This document shows, one piece after another, positions 1 to 7,764 of a stretch of 34,961 nucleotides of DNA; the first letter of the stretch is position 1; the number at the start of each line of letters is the position of its first letter. The stretch spans positions 1 to 34,961 of the forward strand of contig JBDKUG010000119.1 in NCBI GenBank assembly GCA_039679815.1, read 5' to 3'. The notes under the pieces are model-generated. The model was given only the letters and a program-made list of their open reading frames with translations. It was not told where the DNA came from and ran no database searches. The translations under genes and the position numbers were made by a program. The stretch comes from Smithella sp. (GTDB lineage Bacteria; Desulfobacterota; Syntrophia; Syntrophales; Smithellaceae).

Positions 1-169
1 ACACAAAATTAGATTTGATTCCCTTTTCATTGGTATGATATCATGGAATACCGCTTTTATGAAAGCTCAGGTACAGTTGTTGCCATGGCCATCACAAATA
101 GAGAAAGGGGACGGTTCTGTTTATTGATAGGAATACCACCGTGTTCGGGCAGCATATGCTCTTGGTGAC

Positions 170-577
170 ATGGGATATAGCGCCGCACCTGCCGTTCCTT
201 TCCTGATTAAGGCCCTAGGTGATACCGAAGTTGGAAAATCTCTAACGGACAAGCTATTTGACTCTCTGTTCCTCGGTGGTAGTGGCTGCGGTGTTAGCAC
301 CGCGGTAATGAATAATCTGGTGCGAATCGGCTCACCCGCTGTAGAACTCATCGGTGCGCTTCGACATCCCAACTCTCGTATCAGATATCATGCAGCATCG
401 GCATTGGGTAGTCTTGCCCTAAGAGGGATCAAGGCGCATAATGCAGTATCGTCGCTTATTGAAGCCCTCCATGATGATGATTCACATGTAAGAAATTCTG
501 CGGCGCGGAATCTGGGTGACGACGTCTGGAAATGGCAGGAATTCTGTGAAAAAGCAAATTTGGACAATGACCGATAA
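170..577 (+). pseudogene. HEAT/PBS-lyase repeat protein, probably a 5'-truncated gene cassette remnant
   Basis: Repeated HEAT-like units (AVPFLIKALGD; LIGALRHPNSRIRYHAASALG; LIEALHDDDSHVRNSAARNLG). HEAT-like sequence (RVRAAYALGD) continues in frame upstream of the ATG to a TAG at 128-130, so the real N-terminus seems lost. An attC-like site follows. Confidence 0.55.
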
Positions 578-589
578 GAAACCAGAAAC

Positions 590-647
590 GCACAACCAGC
601 AAATGCACCGGACGGTTTTCAACCGCCAGTGATGCCTAGTGTTGAGC
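590..647 (+). mobile_element. attC-like integron recombination site (58 bp)
   Basis: R'' GCACAAC (590-596) and R' GTTGAGC (641-647). Inner arms AT[G]CACCGG[A]CGGTT-TTC-AACCGCCAGTGAT pair with two extrahelical bases. It lies 12 bp after the preceding stop codon. Confidence 0.75.
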
Positions 648-757
648 ATTCGCTCTGTCAGCCGTTCCGGTTGCGCTTCGCTTGGTGATTGGCACGGCTA
701 ATTGCATAAATGCAATTTCCGCTCCTAAAAAACGGCAGCTCAACACCCACGTTATGT
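639..757 (+). mobile_element. Long attC-like element overlapping or fused to the preceding attC
   Basis: Inverted repeats GTGTTGAGC (639-647)/GCTCAACAC (738-746) and GCCGTT (661-666)/AACGGC (731-736), an inner hairpin AATTGCAT-AA-ATGCAATT (700-717), and an R' core GTTATGT at 751-757. Confidence 0.5.
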
Positions 758-770
758 GTAAGGAAAAGAA

Positions 771-1571
771 GTGATGGAGAAAACAGTATTTGAAATTACC
801 AAAATGGACTGCCCTTCCGAAGAAAACTTAATCCGAATGAAGTTGGACGGAATTACAGGTATTGAAAAGCTTGAATTTGACATTTCCCATCGAAAGCTGA
901 CCGTGTTTCACAACGGACAAATTGAGCAAATAGAAAAATTTATTCTCGAATTAAAATTAGGCGGGAAAAAGCTTTCTACTGAACAAACTGACCAAATCGA
1001 CTATGCAGCAGATACTAATCAAACAAAAATACTTTGGATGGTTCTTGCGATCAACTTCGCGTTCTTTCTCATCGAAATGACGACGGGATGGATTTCAAAA
1101 TCGATGGGGCTTGTTGCAGACAGTTTGGATATGCTTGCGGATGCATTTGTTTACGGAATCAGTCTTTTTGCAGTCAGTGGAACAATACTTAGAAAGAAAA
1201 GAATTGCCAGGGTTGCGGGTTACTTTCAAATCACGCTTGCAGCTATTGGATTTGTGGAAGTTTTAAGACGATTTATCGGAGAAGAAAAGCTTCCGGACTT
1301 TTCAATGATGGTCATTGTTTCTATTTTTGCCCTGATTGCTAACGGAATTTGCCTGTACTTGCTTCAAAAGTCAAAAGGCAAAGAAGACGCTCACATGAAA
1401 GCTAGTATGATTTTCACATCAAATGACGTGATTATCAATTTGGGAGTGATTGCAGCAGGATTTTTGGTGAATTGGTTGAACTCGAATAAACCCGATTTGA
1501 TTGTTGGAACAATCGTCTTCATTTTAGTTATCCAGGGAGCGATAAGAATACTAAAATTAGGAAAATCATAA
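771..1571 (+). CDS. Cation diffusion facilitator (Co/Zn/Cd efflux) transporter with N-terminal HMA-like domain; gene cassette
   Basis: N-terminal MDCPSEE HMA-like motif, CDF signature SMGLVADSLDMLAD and several hydrophobic segments. The start could be ATG 774. Confidence 0.88.
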   Translation: MMEKTVFEITKMDCPSEENLIRMKLDGITGIEKLEFDISHRKLTVFHNGQIEQIEKFILELKLGGKKLSTEQTDQIDYAADTNQTKILWMVLAINFAFFLIEMTTGWISKSMGLVADSLDMLADAFVYGISLFAVSGTILRKKRIARVAGYFQITLAAIGFVEVLRRFIGEEKLPDFSMMVIVSIFALIANGICLYLLQKSKGKEDAHMKASMIFTSNDVIINLGVIAAGFLVNWLNSNKPDLIVGTIVFILVIQGAIRILKLGKS

Positions 1572-1633
1572 AGAAAAGAAGTTCTGACTACGACTAGAAT
1601 CTCGTATAGTCGGACAAGGAGAAAGGTAACAAC

Positions 1634-1689
1634 ACATAATCCGTCGAACATAGCCGATCGCTGCGCTCCGGCTGATGTTTCCGTTCGGT
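1634..1689 (+). mobile_element. Degenerate attC-like site closing the CDF cassette
   Basis: ACACATAAT (1632-1640) is the reverse complement of the cassette start GTTATGTGT (751-759) except AAC>AAT. Inner arms AGCCG...CGGCT, and R' GTTCGGT at 1683-1689. Confidence 0.6.
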
Positions 1690-1708
1690 TCTTCAAAAAA
1701 AGGATTAG

Positions 1709-2314
1709 ATGACTATGGATGAAAGAGAAAACGTAAATATTTTAAGAGCGGTGTTTGATGCGCTGCCATCACTTGTCTTTGTGGTCGACCAGGATGTGAG
1801 GATTCAAGAGTATAATGCAGCAGCCTCCGATCTATTGATGGTTGAGAGGACGACTGTCATCAAACAGCGAGCAGGCGATATTCTTCATTGTGTGCATTCG
1901 CGTGATGTACCTGATGGTTGTGGTAGATCTCCATTCTGTAAAACCTGTATAATAAGGAATTCCGTCACGGAAGCCTTTCACGGGAATCGTGTTGTGCGAC
2001 GCCGTGCAAGAATAGAGCTTCTCCAAGGCGCAACCAAGAAAGAGATTTACGCACTGATCACCGCTTCTCCCTTTTCTTTCCAGGACAGGCCACTTGCGTT
2101 GCTGGTGATTGAGGACATCAGTGAGATAGCTGAGCTTTATCGCATGATACCTATTTGTTCTGTCTGCAAAAAAGTACGAGACGATAAGGAATCCTGGATG
2201 TTGGTCGAAGCCTATTTCAAGAATAATTGGGACGTCGACTTCTCACATGGACTTTGCCCAGACTGCTATAAGATCGAGAGTGATAAGCTGAAAGCATACA
2301 TCAAAACAGAATAG
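1709..2314 (+). CDS. PAS-domain protein with Cys-rich C-terminal domain; probable gene cassette
   Basis: PAS-like start (VFDALPSLVFVVDQDVRIQEYNAAA), an internal Cys cluster and a C-terminal ICSVCKKVRDD...W...FSHGLCPDC motif. SD-like AAGGA upstream. Confidence 0.8.
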   Translation: MTMDERENVNILRAVFDALPSLVFVVDQDVRIQEYNAAASDLLMVERTTVIKQRAGDILHCVHSRDVPDGCGRSPFCKTCIIRNSVTEAFHGNRVVRRRARIELLQGATKKEIYALITASPFSFQDRPLALLVIEDISEIAELYRMIPICSVCKKVRDDKESWMLVEAYFKNNWDVDFSHGLCPDCYKIESDKLKAYIKTE

Positions 2315-2364
2315 GCAAAGCCACCGGACCTGCGTTCCTCGGGTCGGTGATCGTCGTGTTTCAA
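2306..2364 (+). mobile_element. Degenerate attC-like site closing the PAS cassette
   Basis: ACAGAAT-AGGCAAAGCCACCGGACC...GGTCGGTGATCGTCGT-GTTTCAA aligns with the 590-647 site (GCAAAnnCACCGGAC...GTGAT...GTGTT). CACCG[G]ACC pairs with GGTCGGTG. Confidence 0.55.
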
Positions 2365-2558
2365 AAAAATATTACGGATGCCGGATTTTGGAAATACATT
2401 ATGGTTCCGGCACCGGATGATATTCTTATTGAATTGTTTGAAGTCGATAAAAACCAGATTCCGCCGGAGTATCAAAATTATTTTGAATAGAAAGATTGAT
2501 GTGCAAAGTAAACCGATCTGTCGATGGTTTACAGTCGCGGATGATCAGCGTGCGCAAA

Positions 2559-3866
2559 TTACATCAGCGACATATTTTCAGCTTCCCGCATGAGTTCGTC
2601 ACGGAATTTAGGATGGGCAATGCTGATCAGGGCAAGTGCGCGCTCCCGAGTAGACTTTCCCCTCAGGTTGACGATGCCGTATTCCGTCGCGATATAATGC
2701 ACGTCGTTGCGAGGTGTTGTGACCATGGTCCCCGCCGGGAACCGGCTGACGATCCGCGATACTTCTTCATTTTTGGCCGTTGAGTATAAAACGAGGATAG
2801 ATTTGCCTTCGGGCGAGTCGTAAGCTCCCCGGACGAAATCAAGCTGGCCCCCTGTTCCGCTGTATTGACGTCCCTCCAGGAATTCCGCGTTGCACTGTCC
2901 CAGCAGATCAACCTGCAGGATGGCATTGATGGCCGTCATCCTGTGATTCTGCGCAATGATCCCGGGGTTCATGACGTAGGAACTGGGATAATTTTCGAAA
3001 CTTTTATTTCCAGTCATAAACTCAAAAGTCTTTTTGCCGCCGTAAGCGAGAGAAAAAATATGCTTGTCCGTGTGCACATTTTTATGCCGTCCGGTAATCA
3101 CTCCTTTTTCGATCAGGTCCACCATGCCGGGGCAGAGAAGCTCCGTGTGGATGCCCAGGTCTTTGTGCCCTTCCAGACAGGAGGCGAGCGCATTGGGAAG
3201 GGTGCCGATGCCCAGTTGAATCACCGCTCTGTCCGGAACATATTCGGCAATGATCTTTCCGATCACCAGGTCCAGCGGATTTGACTCCATCGGCAGGATT
3301 TCCGGAAGCGGGACCGTGTTTTCCACAATCATCGAAATATTGGATATATGGATCAACGCTTCGCCGTAAACAAAAGGCATGTTTTCGTTCACTTCAACGA
3401 TCAATGTCTTGCACAGCCCCGCCATGACAGACAGGTAGCCGTTGCACGGTCCAAAACTGAAGTAGCCATCTTCATTCATCGGAGAGACGGTGGCAACCGC
3501 GACATTGACGTCCATGGTTTCCATGACGATTTTCGGTATCTGATGGAGATAGGCGGGGATAAATTGGGTCAGTCCAACCTGCACCATGTTTCTGGACGAT
3601 TCACTGACGAACCAGGTATAGGAATCGACAATATCCGATATATCCGGATTGCCCAGCGTCCGGGCAAAATGCTTCTGGGCGTTGAATGTATAAACCTTAA
3701 GCTGGTTCAGATCGCCTGCCCTTGCCCGTTGGGCAATGGCGGTCAGCATGCCCGGCGGTTCCGCGATGGTGACACCATGAATCAGCGTGTCTCCGTCCCG
3801 AACGGCTGCCGCGGCATTTTCGCAAGTTGTCAGTTTTGCCCTGTATTCATCGTCGTATCTGTTCAT
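2559..3866 (-). CDS. Acetyl-CoA hydrolase/transferase family protein (4-hydroxybutyrate/butyryl-CoA:acetate CoA-transferase-like)
   Basis: Motifs IQLGIG, LGIHTE (catalytic Glu), SGTGGQLDFVRGA, TEYGIVNLRGKS..ERA.ALISIAHPKFR. SD AGGAG upstream. Confidence 0.92.
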   Translation of the reverse strand: MNRYDDEYRAKLTTCENAAAAVRDGDTLIHGVTIAEPPGMLTAIAQRARAGDLNQLKVYTFNAQKHFARTLGNPDISDIVDSYTWFVSESSRNMVQVGLTQFIPAYLHQIPKIVMETMDVNVAVATVSPMNEDGYFSFGPCNGYLSVMAGLCKTLIVEVNENMPFVYGEALIHISNISMIVENTVPLPEILPMESNPLDLVIGKIIAEYVPDRAVIQLGIGTLPNALASCLEGHKDLGIHTELLCPGMVDLIEKGVITGRHKNVHTDKHIFSLAYGGKKTFEFMTGNKSFENYPSSYVMNPGIIAQNHRMTAINAILQVDLLGQCNAEFLEGRQYSGTGGQLDFVRGAYDSPEGKSILVLYSTAKNEEVSRIVSRFPAGTMVTTPRNDVHYIATEYGIVNLRGKSTRERALALISIAHPKFRDELMREAENMSLM

Positions 3867-3895
3867 CGCAGAGCTCTCCTTTTCAAGGCCGTGTT

Positions 3896-3924
3896 ATGCT
3901 ATCGTGTGCGACCGGTTCTTTCAA
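3896..3924 (-). promoter_or_regulatory. Putative sigma70 promoter for the CoA-transferase
   Basis: Minus strand TTGAAA-17 nt-TAGCAT, about 30 nt upstream of the ATG. Confidence 0.45.
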
Positions 3925-4065
3925 GAGAAATCGTCGAGTCAGGCAACCCCCGGGGCCCCGAATCATTATTTCTCAGCTTGCCGAAATGGTTGATAAAATA
4001 TTGCATATGAGGTATCGATAGAATCAAAGTATCCACCATAAAAAATAACCAGTGGATGAATCAAT

Positions 4066-6087
4066 ATGCCGGCACCGGATTCATTGACCCAAAAAACCTC
4101 ACGGAAAATTTCCACCCAGTATCTTCTTCTACTCATCCCTGCCATTGCCCTGCTTTTCATCATTTTCGGGATTGTCGCGTATTATCTGGGCAAACCGGAA
4201 GCCATGAAAGCCAACCGTGAACTGTCAGAGATTATTGCCAGAAAAACAAATCAGGCCCTGATCAGGTGGCTGGAGGAGCAGATTCGAACAGCCCAGACGA
4301 TTGCCCGTGATCCCCGGATTATTGATGCCTGCGCCGCCCCGCTGGATGTGCAAAAACGGGCGGCCGCGCAGAAATTCCTCTCGGAGATGCACGCCCTGTA
4401 TCCGTATTATGAAAACATTCCCCTGGCCATCAGGCTTGCTGACGGTCAGACGGTGTCCATCGATGTCCATGGTGTAAAAAAGAACGTTGGAAACGGGAAT
4501 TTCTTTATTGATACAGTAGGCGGCAAAACCATCGGAAAATGCGGTCCCGATTTCAGCTATATCCGGAATGTTTTCTCGGGAAAGCCATATTTCATCAGCG
4601 AGGTCTATCCCAGCATCCTGCGGGGAAATCCCATCTTTGTGGTCGCTGTGCCCATTCTGCACAACAATGAGATCATCGGTGCGACAATCGTTGCCCCGAG
4701 AATGGATTATTTCACGGAGTTTTTTGTTGAGAAATCCGTGATCGGCATGACCGGTTATCTGTCGATGATTGATCACGACGGCATGATTATTTCGCATCCC
4801 CAGAAAAAATTAATTCTGAATCCGAAGGGCCGGGACATGATAAAACCGGTCATGGACCGCATCGCGGCCGGAGAAACCTATTTTTTATCCGACTTTGCAG
4901 GCACTCTGAAAGTTTATTATGTGGAGAAACTTACAACCGCACAGCTAAACATGGAGGACAGCTGGTATATCATCTTTTGCCGGTCGTATGATGAAGTTCT
5001 TTCCGGGATCTATACCTTTCTGGCCAAAACGTTTATCGGCATGCTTCTGGTTGCCATTGCGGTATCACTGCTGGTTTACCTCCTTACAAGGCACTTTATT
5101 ACCACACCCATGAGCAGACTGACCAGGGCCGCAAACGACGTAGCCGAAGGCAATCTCCTTGTTCAAATCGATACCCTCGGCAGCTTGAATGAAGTGGGTG
5201 TTTTGAGCCGGTCCATTAATCATATGACCCAGAACATTCGTGAACAAACGATAAAAATAAGGGAAGCCGTCGATACCCTGCGTGAAACCGCGACCTCCAT
5301 CGTATCCGCGTCAGGCCAGCAGGAAGAAGCCATGAAAAGCCTTGAGGGTAATGTGGCACAGGTCGGCACTGCCTCACAGCAGATTTCAGCGACTTCTCAG
5401 GAGCTGGCGAGGACCATGGATGGCGTCAAGAAAGCTGCCTCAGAAGCCTCCAGTCTTGCCAATGAAGGGCAGGCGAGCCTCGCGGATTTGCAGGGAGCCA
5501 TGCATACGCTGTCAGACGGAACGGGCAGTATTTCTGATAAACTTGCCCTGATTCGCGAGAAGGCCGGCAGTATCGACACGATTATTGCAACGATTACGAA
5601 AATTTCCGACCAAACCAATCTCCTGTCCCTGAATGCCGCCATCGAGGCGGAAAAAGCCGGTGAATACGGAAGAGGATTTTCTGTGGTTGCCCGGGAAATC
5701 GGACGGCTGGCCAATGAAACGGCAATCGCGACACTGGATATTTCGGACATCATCAATGAAATGCAGACATCCGTTCTGGACGGTGTGAGGGAAATGAATC
5801 ATTTCCGGGAAGGGGTCACCCATGGCGTGCGGTCCGCGGAGGATGCCACGATGCAGCTGTCACAGGTGATTGCCAGGGTGGCCTACCTGAGCCCGGAATT
5901 TGACAAGGTGAACGAAGGCATGCATTTCCAGTCGCTCGGTTCCAAGCAGATCAGTGATTCCATGGCGGAACTGAATTTAAGCGCCGCGCAGTTGACCGGA
6001 TCACTTTCTCAATTCAAATCGGTGACGGACCAGCTGAATGCTGCCGCCAGCCAGCTCAGCGAAACGGTTGCCCGGTTCAGGGCATGA
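4066..6087 (+). CDS. Methyl-accepting chemotaxis protein (TM-dCache-TM-HAMP-MA)
   Basis: Two TM helices flank a Cache-like region, followed by a HAMP domain and the signalling hairpin [30 protein letters not shown]. Confidence 0.93.
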   Translation: MPAPDSLTQKTSRKISTQYLLLLIPAIALLFIIFGIVAYYLGKPEAMKANRELSEIIARKTNQALIRWLEEQIRTAQTIARDPRIIDACAAPLDVQKRAAAQKFLSEMHALYPYYENIPLAIRLADGQTVSIDVHGVKKNVGNGNFFIDTVGGKTIGKCGPDFSYIRNVFSGKPYFISEVYPSILRGNPIFVVAVPILHNNEIIGATIVAPRMDYFTEFFVEKSVIGMTGYLSMIDHDGMIISHPQKKLILNPKGRDMIKPVMDRIAAGETYFLSDFAGTLKVYYVEKLTTAQLNMEDSWYIIFCRSYDEVLSGIYTFLAKTFIGMLLVAIAVSLLVYLLTRHFITTPMSRLTRAANDVAEGNLLVQIDTLGSLNEVGVLSRSINHMTQNIREQTIKIREAVDTLRETATSIVSASGQQEEAMKSLEGNVAQVGTASQQISATSQELARTMDGVKKAASEASSLANEGQASLADLQGAMHTLSDGTGSISDKLALIREKAGSIDTIIATITKISDQTNLLSLNAAIEAEKAGEYGRGFSVVAREIGRLANETAIATLDISDIINEMQTSVLDGVREMNHFREGVTHGVRSAEDATMQLSQVIARVAYLSPEFDKVNEGMHFQSLGSKQISDSMAELNLSAAQLTGSLSQFKSVTDQLNAAASQLSETVARFRA

Positions 6088-6094
6088 GAATATT

Positions 6095-6655
6095 CTAATC
6101 ATGCAGCCGGTAATTGAACGAAGCAATGATGTGGAGGCGGGACAGATCGTATTGCGAAGGCAGCGGCTGAAATGGAGCGGCTGCCTGAATAACCCCCAGG
6201 GTTCCGGAATCCAGATGCACCGATCCTGATGACGTTATAACCATCGTGTGCGCCAGGTTTCCGTCCGAGTCAATGGATATTTTAATCACCACTTCTCCTT
6301 CCTCGCTGTTTTCGAAAGCCCCCGCCGGATACTGCCAGAGGCTCATAATCTTTCTTTTCAATTCCGCCAGATAAGCCGCGTATTTGACATCGGAGGAACC
6401 GATATGCACGGTTTCTTCCCGTGTGCCCTGCGGAATCGGTTTTACTTCCTGGGCCGGTTTCGCTGTTTCTCCCGGCGCCGGTTTTTCTTCTTGTTTGGGT
6501 TTGGAAACAGGCTCGGATTGCGCGATCTGCACCGTAAATAACTGGACGGTTTTTGCATTGTCGCGCAAGTCAATCATGCTGCTGGCTGTAATCAGCGCAA
6601 CATGCCCAACAATTGATATAAGGACCGGCCAGATGAATATTGATTTTGAATCCAT
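6095..6655 (-). CDS. TonB family energy transducer / TonB C-terminal domain protein
   Basis: N-terminal TM with SxxxH (ISIVGH), a Pro/Lys linker and a C-terminal domain WQYPAGA...EGEVVIKISIDSDG...SSGSVHLD...AAPFQPLP. Confidence 0.85.
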   Translation of the reverse strand: MDSKSIFIWPVLISIVGHVALITASSMIDLRDNAKTVQLFTVQIAQSEPVSKPKQEEKPAPGETAKPAQEVKPIPQGTREETVHIGSSDVKYAAYLAELKRKIMSLWQYPAGAFENSEEGEVVIKISIDSDGNLAHTMVITSSGSVHLDSGTLGVIQAAAPFQPLPSQYDLSRLHIIASFNYRLHD

Positions 6656-6675
6656 TCTTATCTCGCTTGAATGTA

Positions 6676-6704
6676 ATCATATACGGCATTTGCCTCAAAA
6701 TCAA
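6676..6704 (-). promoter_or_regulatory. Putative sigma70 promoter for the TonB gene
   Basis: Minus strand TTGATT-17 nt-TATGAT. Confidence 0.4.
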
Positions 6705-6753
6705 CAATATGATAACCAAAATACGACATCGGTAAAAGAAAAGAGATTGATGG

Positions 6754-7227
6754 ATGCTGACGGATCATGATTTTATGCGGATCGCGCTTGAAGAGGCCGG
6801 TAAAGCGATGGCGGATGGCGAAGTGCCCATCGGGGCGGTTCTGGTGCAGGAAGGCCGGATCCTGGCCCGGGCGCACAACGCACCTATTTCCCGCAAGGAT
6901 CCCTCTGCGCACGCGGAAATGCTGGTCCTGCGAGAGGCCGGCGAGAAAACCGGCAACTACCGCCTGGCCGGCGCCGAGCTTTACGTTACGCTGGAGCCCT
7001 GCGTGATGTGCGCAGGCGCGATTCTCCAGGCGAGAATCGCGCGGGTCATTTTCGGCGCCCGTGATCCGAAAGCCGGCGCCGTGGTGTCCCTCTACCGGAT
7101 TTTGAGCGACAGCCGCCTGAATCATCAGCCGGAAGTTACAGAGGGAATATTACGGCAGGAATGCGGGGAAATTTTGAGTAGATTTTTTAAGGAAAAAAGG
7201 ATAAAAGCCGATTCGGCAGTCAAATAA
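6754..7227 (+). CDS. tadA: tRNA-specific adenosine(34) deaminase
   Basis: EVPIGAVLV, DPSAHAE and TLEPCVMCAGA motifs. Conserved position upstream of tRNA-Ser/ffs/dnaX. Confidence 0.95.
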   Translation: MLTDHDFMRIALEEAGKAMADGEVPIGAVLVQEGRILARAHNAPISRKDPSAHAEMLVLREAGEKTGNYRLAGAELYVTLEPCVMCAGAILQARIARVIFGARDPKAGAVVSLYRILSDSRLNHQPEVTEGILRQECGEILSRFFKEKRIKADSAVK

Positions 7228-7232
7228 GCCGC

Positions 7233-7326
7233 GGAGAGATGTCTGAGTGGCCGAAGGAGCACGACTGGAAATCGTGTGTATGCCCACAAAGGTGTACCGC
7301 GGGTTCGAATCCCGCTCTCTCCGCCA
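7233..7326 (+). tRNA. tRNA-Ser (anticodon GGA)
   Basis: Acceptor GGAGAGA/TCTCTCC+GCCA, anticodon arm CACGA-CT-GGA-AA-TCGTG, long variable arm and GGTTCGAATCC T-loop. Confidence 0.96.
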
Positions 7327-7335
7327 GAATATGAT

Positions 7336-7363
7336 GCAGAGACGCTGCAAGCAGCGTCTCTGC
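7336..7363. repeat. Perfect palindrome between the two tRNA genes
   Basis: GCAGAGACGCTGC-AA-GCAGCGTCTCTGC (13-bp arms), with no U-tract. Confidence 0.7.
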
Positions 7364-7382
7364 TGTGTTACAGCAAAAATCC

Positions 7383-7476
7383 GGAGAGGTACCGAAGTGG
7401 TCGTAACGGGATCGACTCGAAATCGATTTGGGGGCCACAAGCTCCCACGGGGGTTCGAATCCCCCTCTCTCCGCCA
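7383..7476 (+). tRNA. tRNA-Ser (anticodon CGA)
   Basis: Acceptor GGAGAGG/TCTCTCC+GCCA, anticodon arm ATCGA-CT-CGA-AA-TCGAT, long variable arm and GGTTCGAATCC. Confidence 0.96.
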
Positions 7477-7610
7477 GATTTCAATGCAAAGGCAGACGAC
7501 TCCTGCGGCCGGTGTTTTCATTACCGGATTCCATGATCCAGCAAAAATTTGGGTTGATTCCTGTCGATTTATCCATTAAGAGTTTCTGCGTGACAGTCAT
7601 TATGGGAATA

Positions 7611-7707
7611 TGGCCGGGTCCCGTACAACGAAGGCTTGTGAACCCCGTCAGGTCCGGAAGGAAGCAGCGGCAGCAAATCCCGTCGTGTGTTGCGGTAAAC
7701 CCGGTCA
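7611..7707 (+). ncRNA. ffs: Signal recognition particle 4.5S RNA
   Basis: Conserved domain IV GTCAGGTCCGGAAGGAAGCAGC, closing stem TGGCCGGGT/ACCCGGTCA, located upstream of dnaX. Confidence 0.93.
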
Positions 7708-7764
7708 CCAGTATATAAATGATAAAATTCCGTGGCTTCTAAAAATCAGTGAATTGAGGTTTCA

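Noticed and set aside
2378-2593. 71-aa ORF after the last attC-like site as a fourth cassette
   Set aside because: No SD, motif or closing attC was found, and it overlaps the convergent CoA-transferase.
7233-7707. tRNA-Ser or ffs as an island integration site
   Set aside because: No integrase or duplicated 3' end was seen, and the tadA-dnaX synteny is intact.
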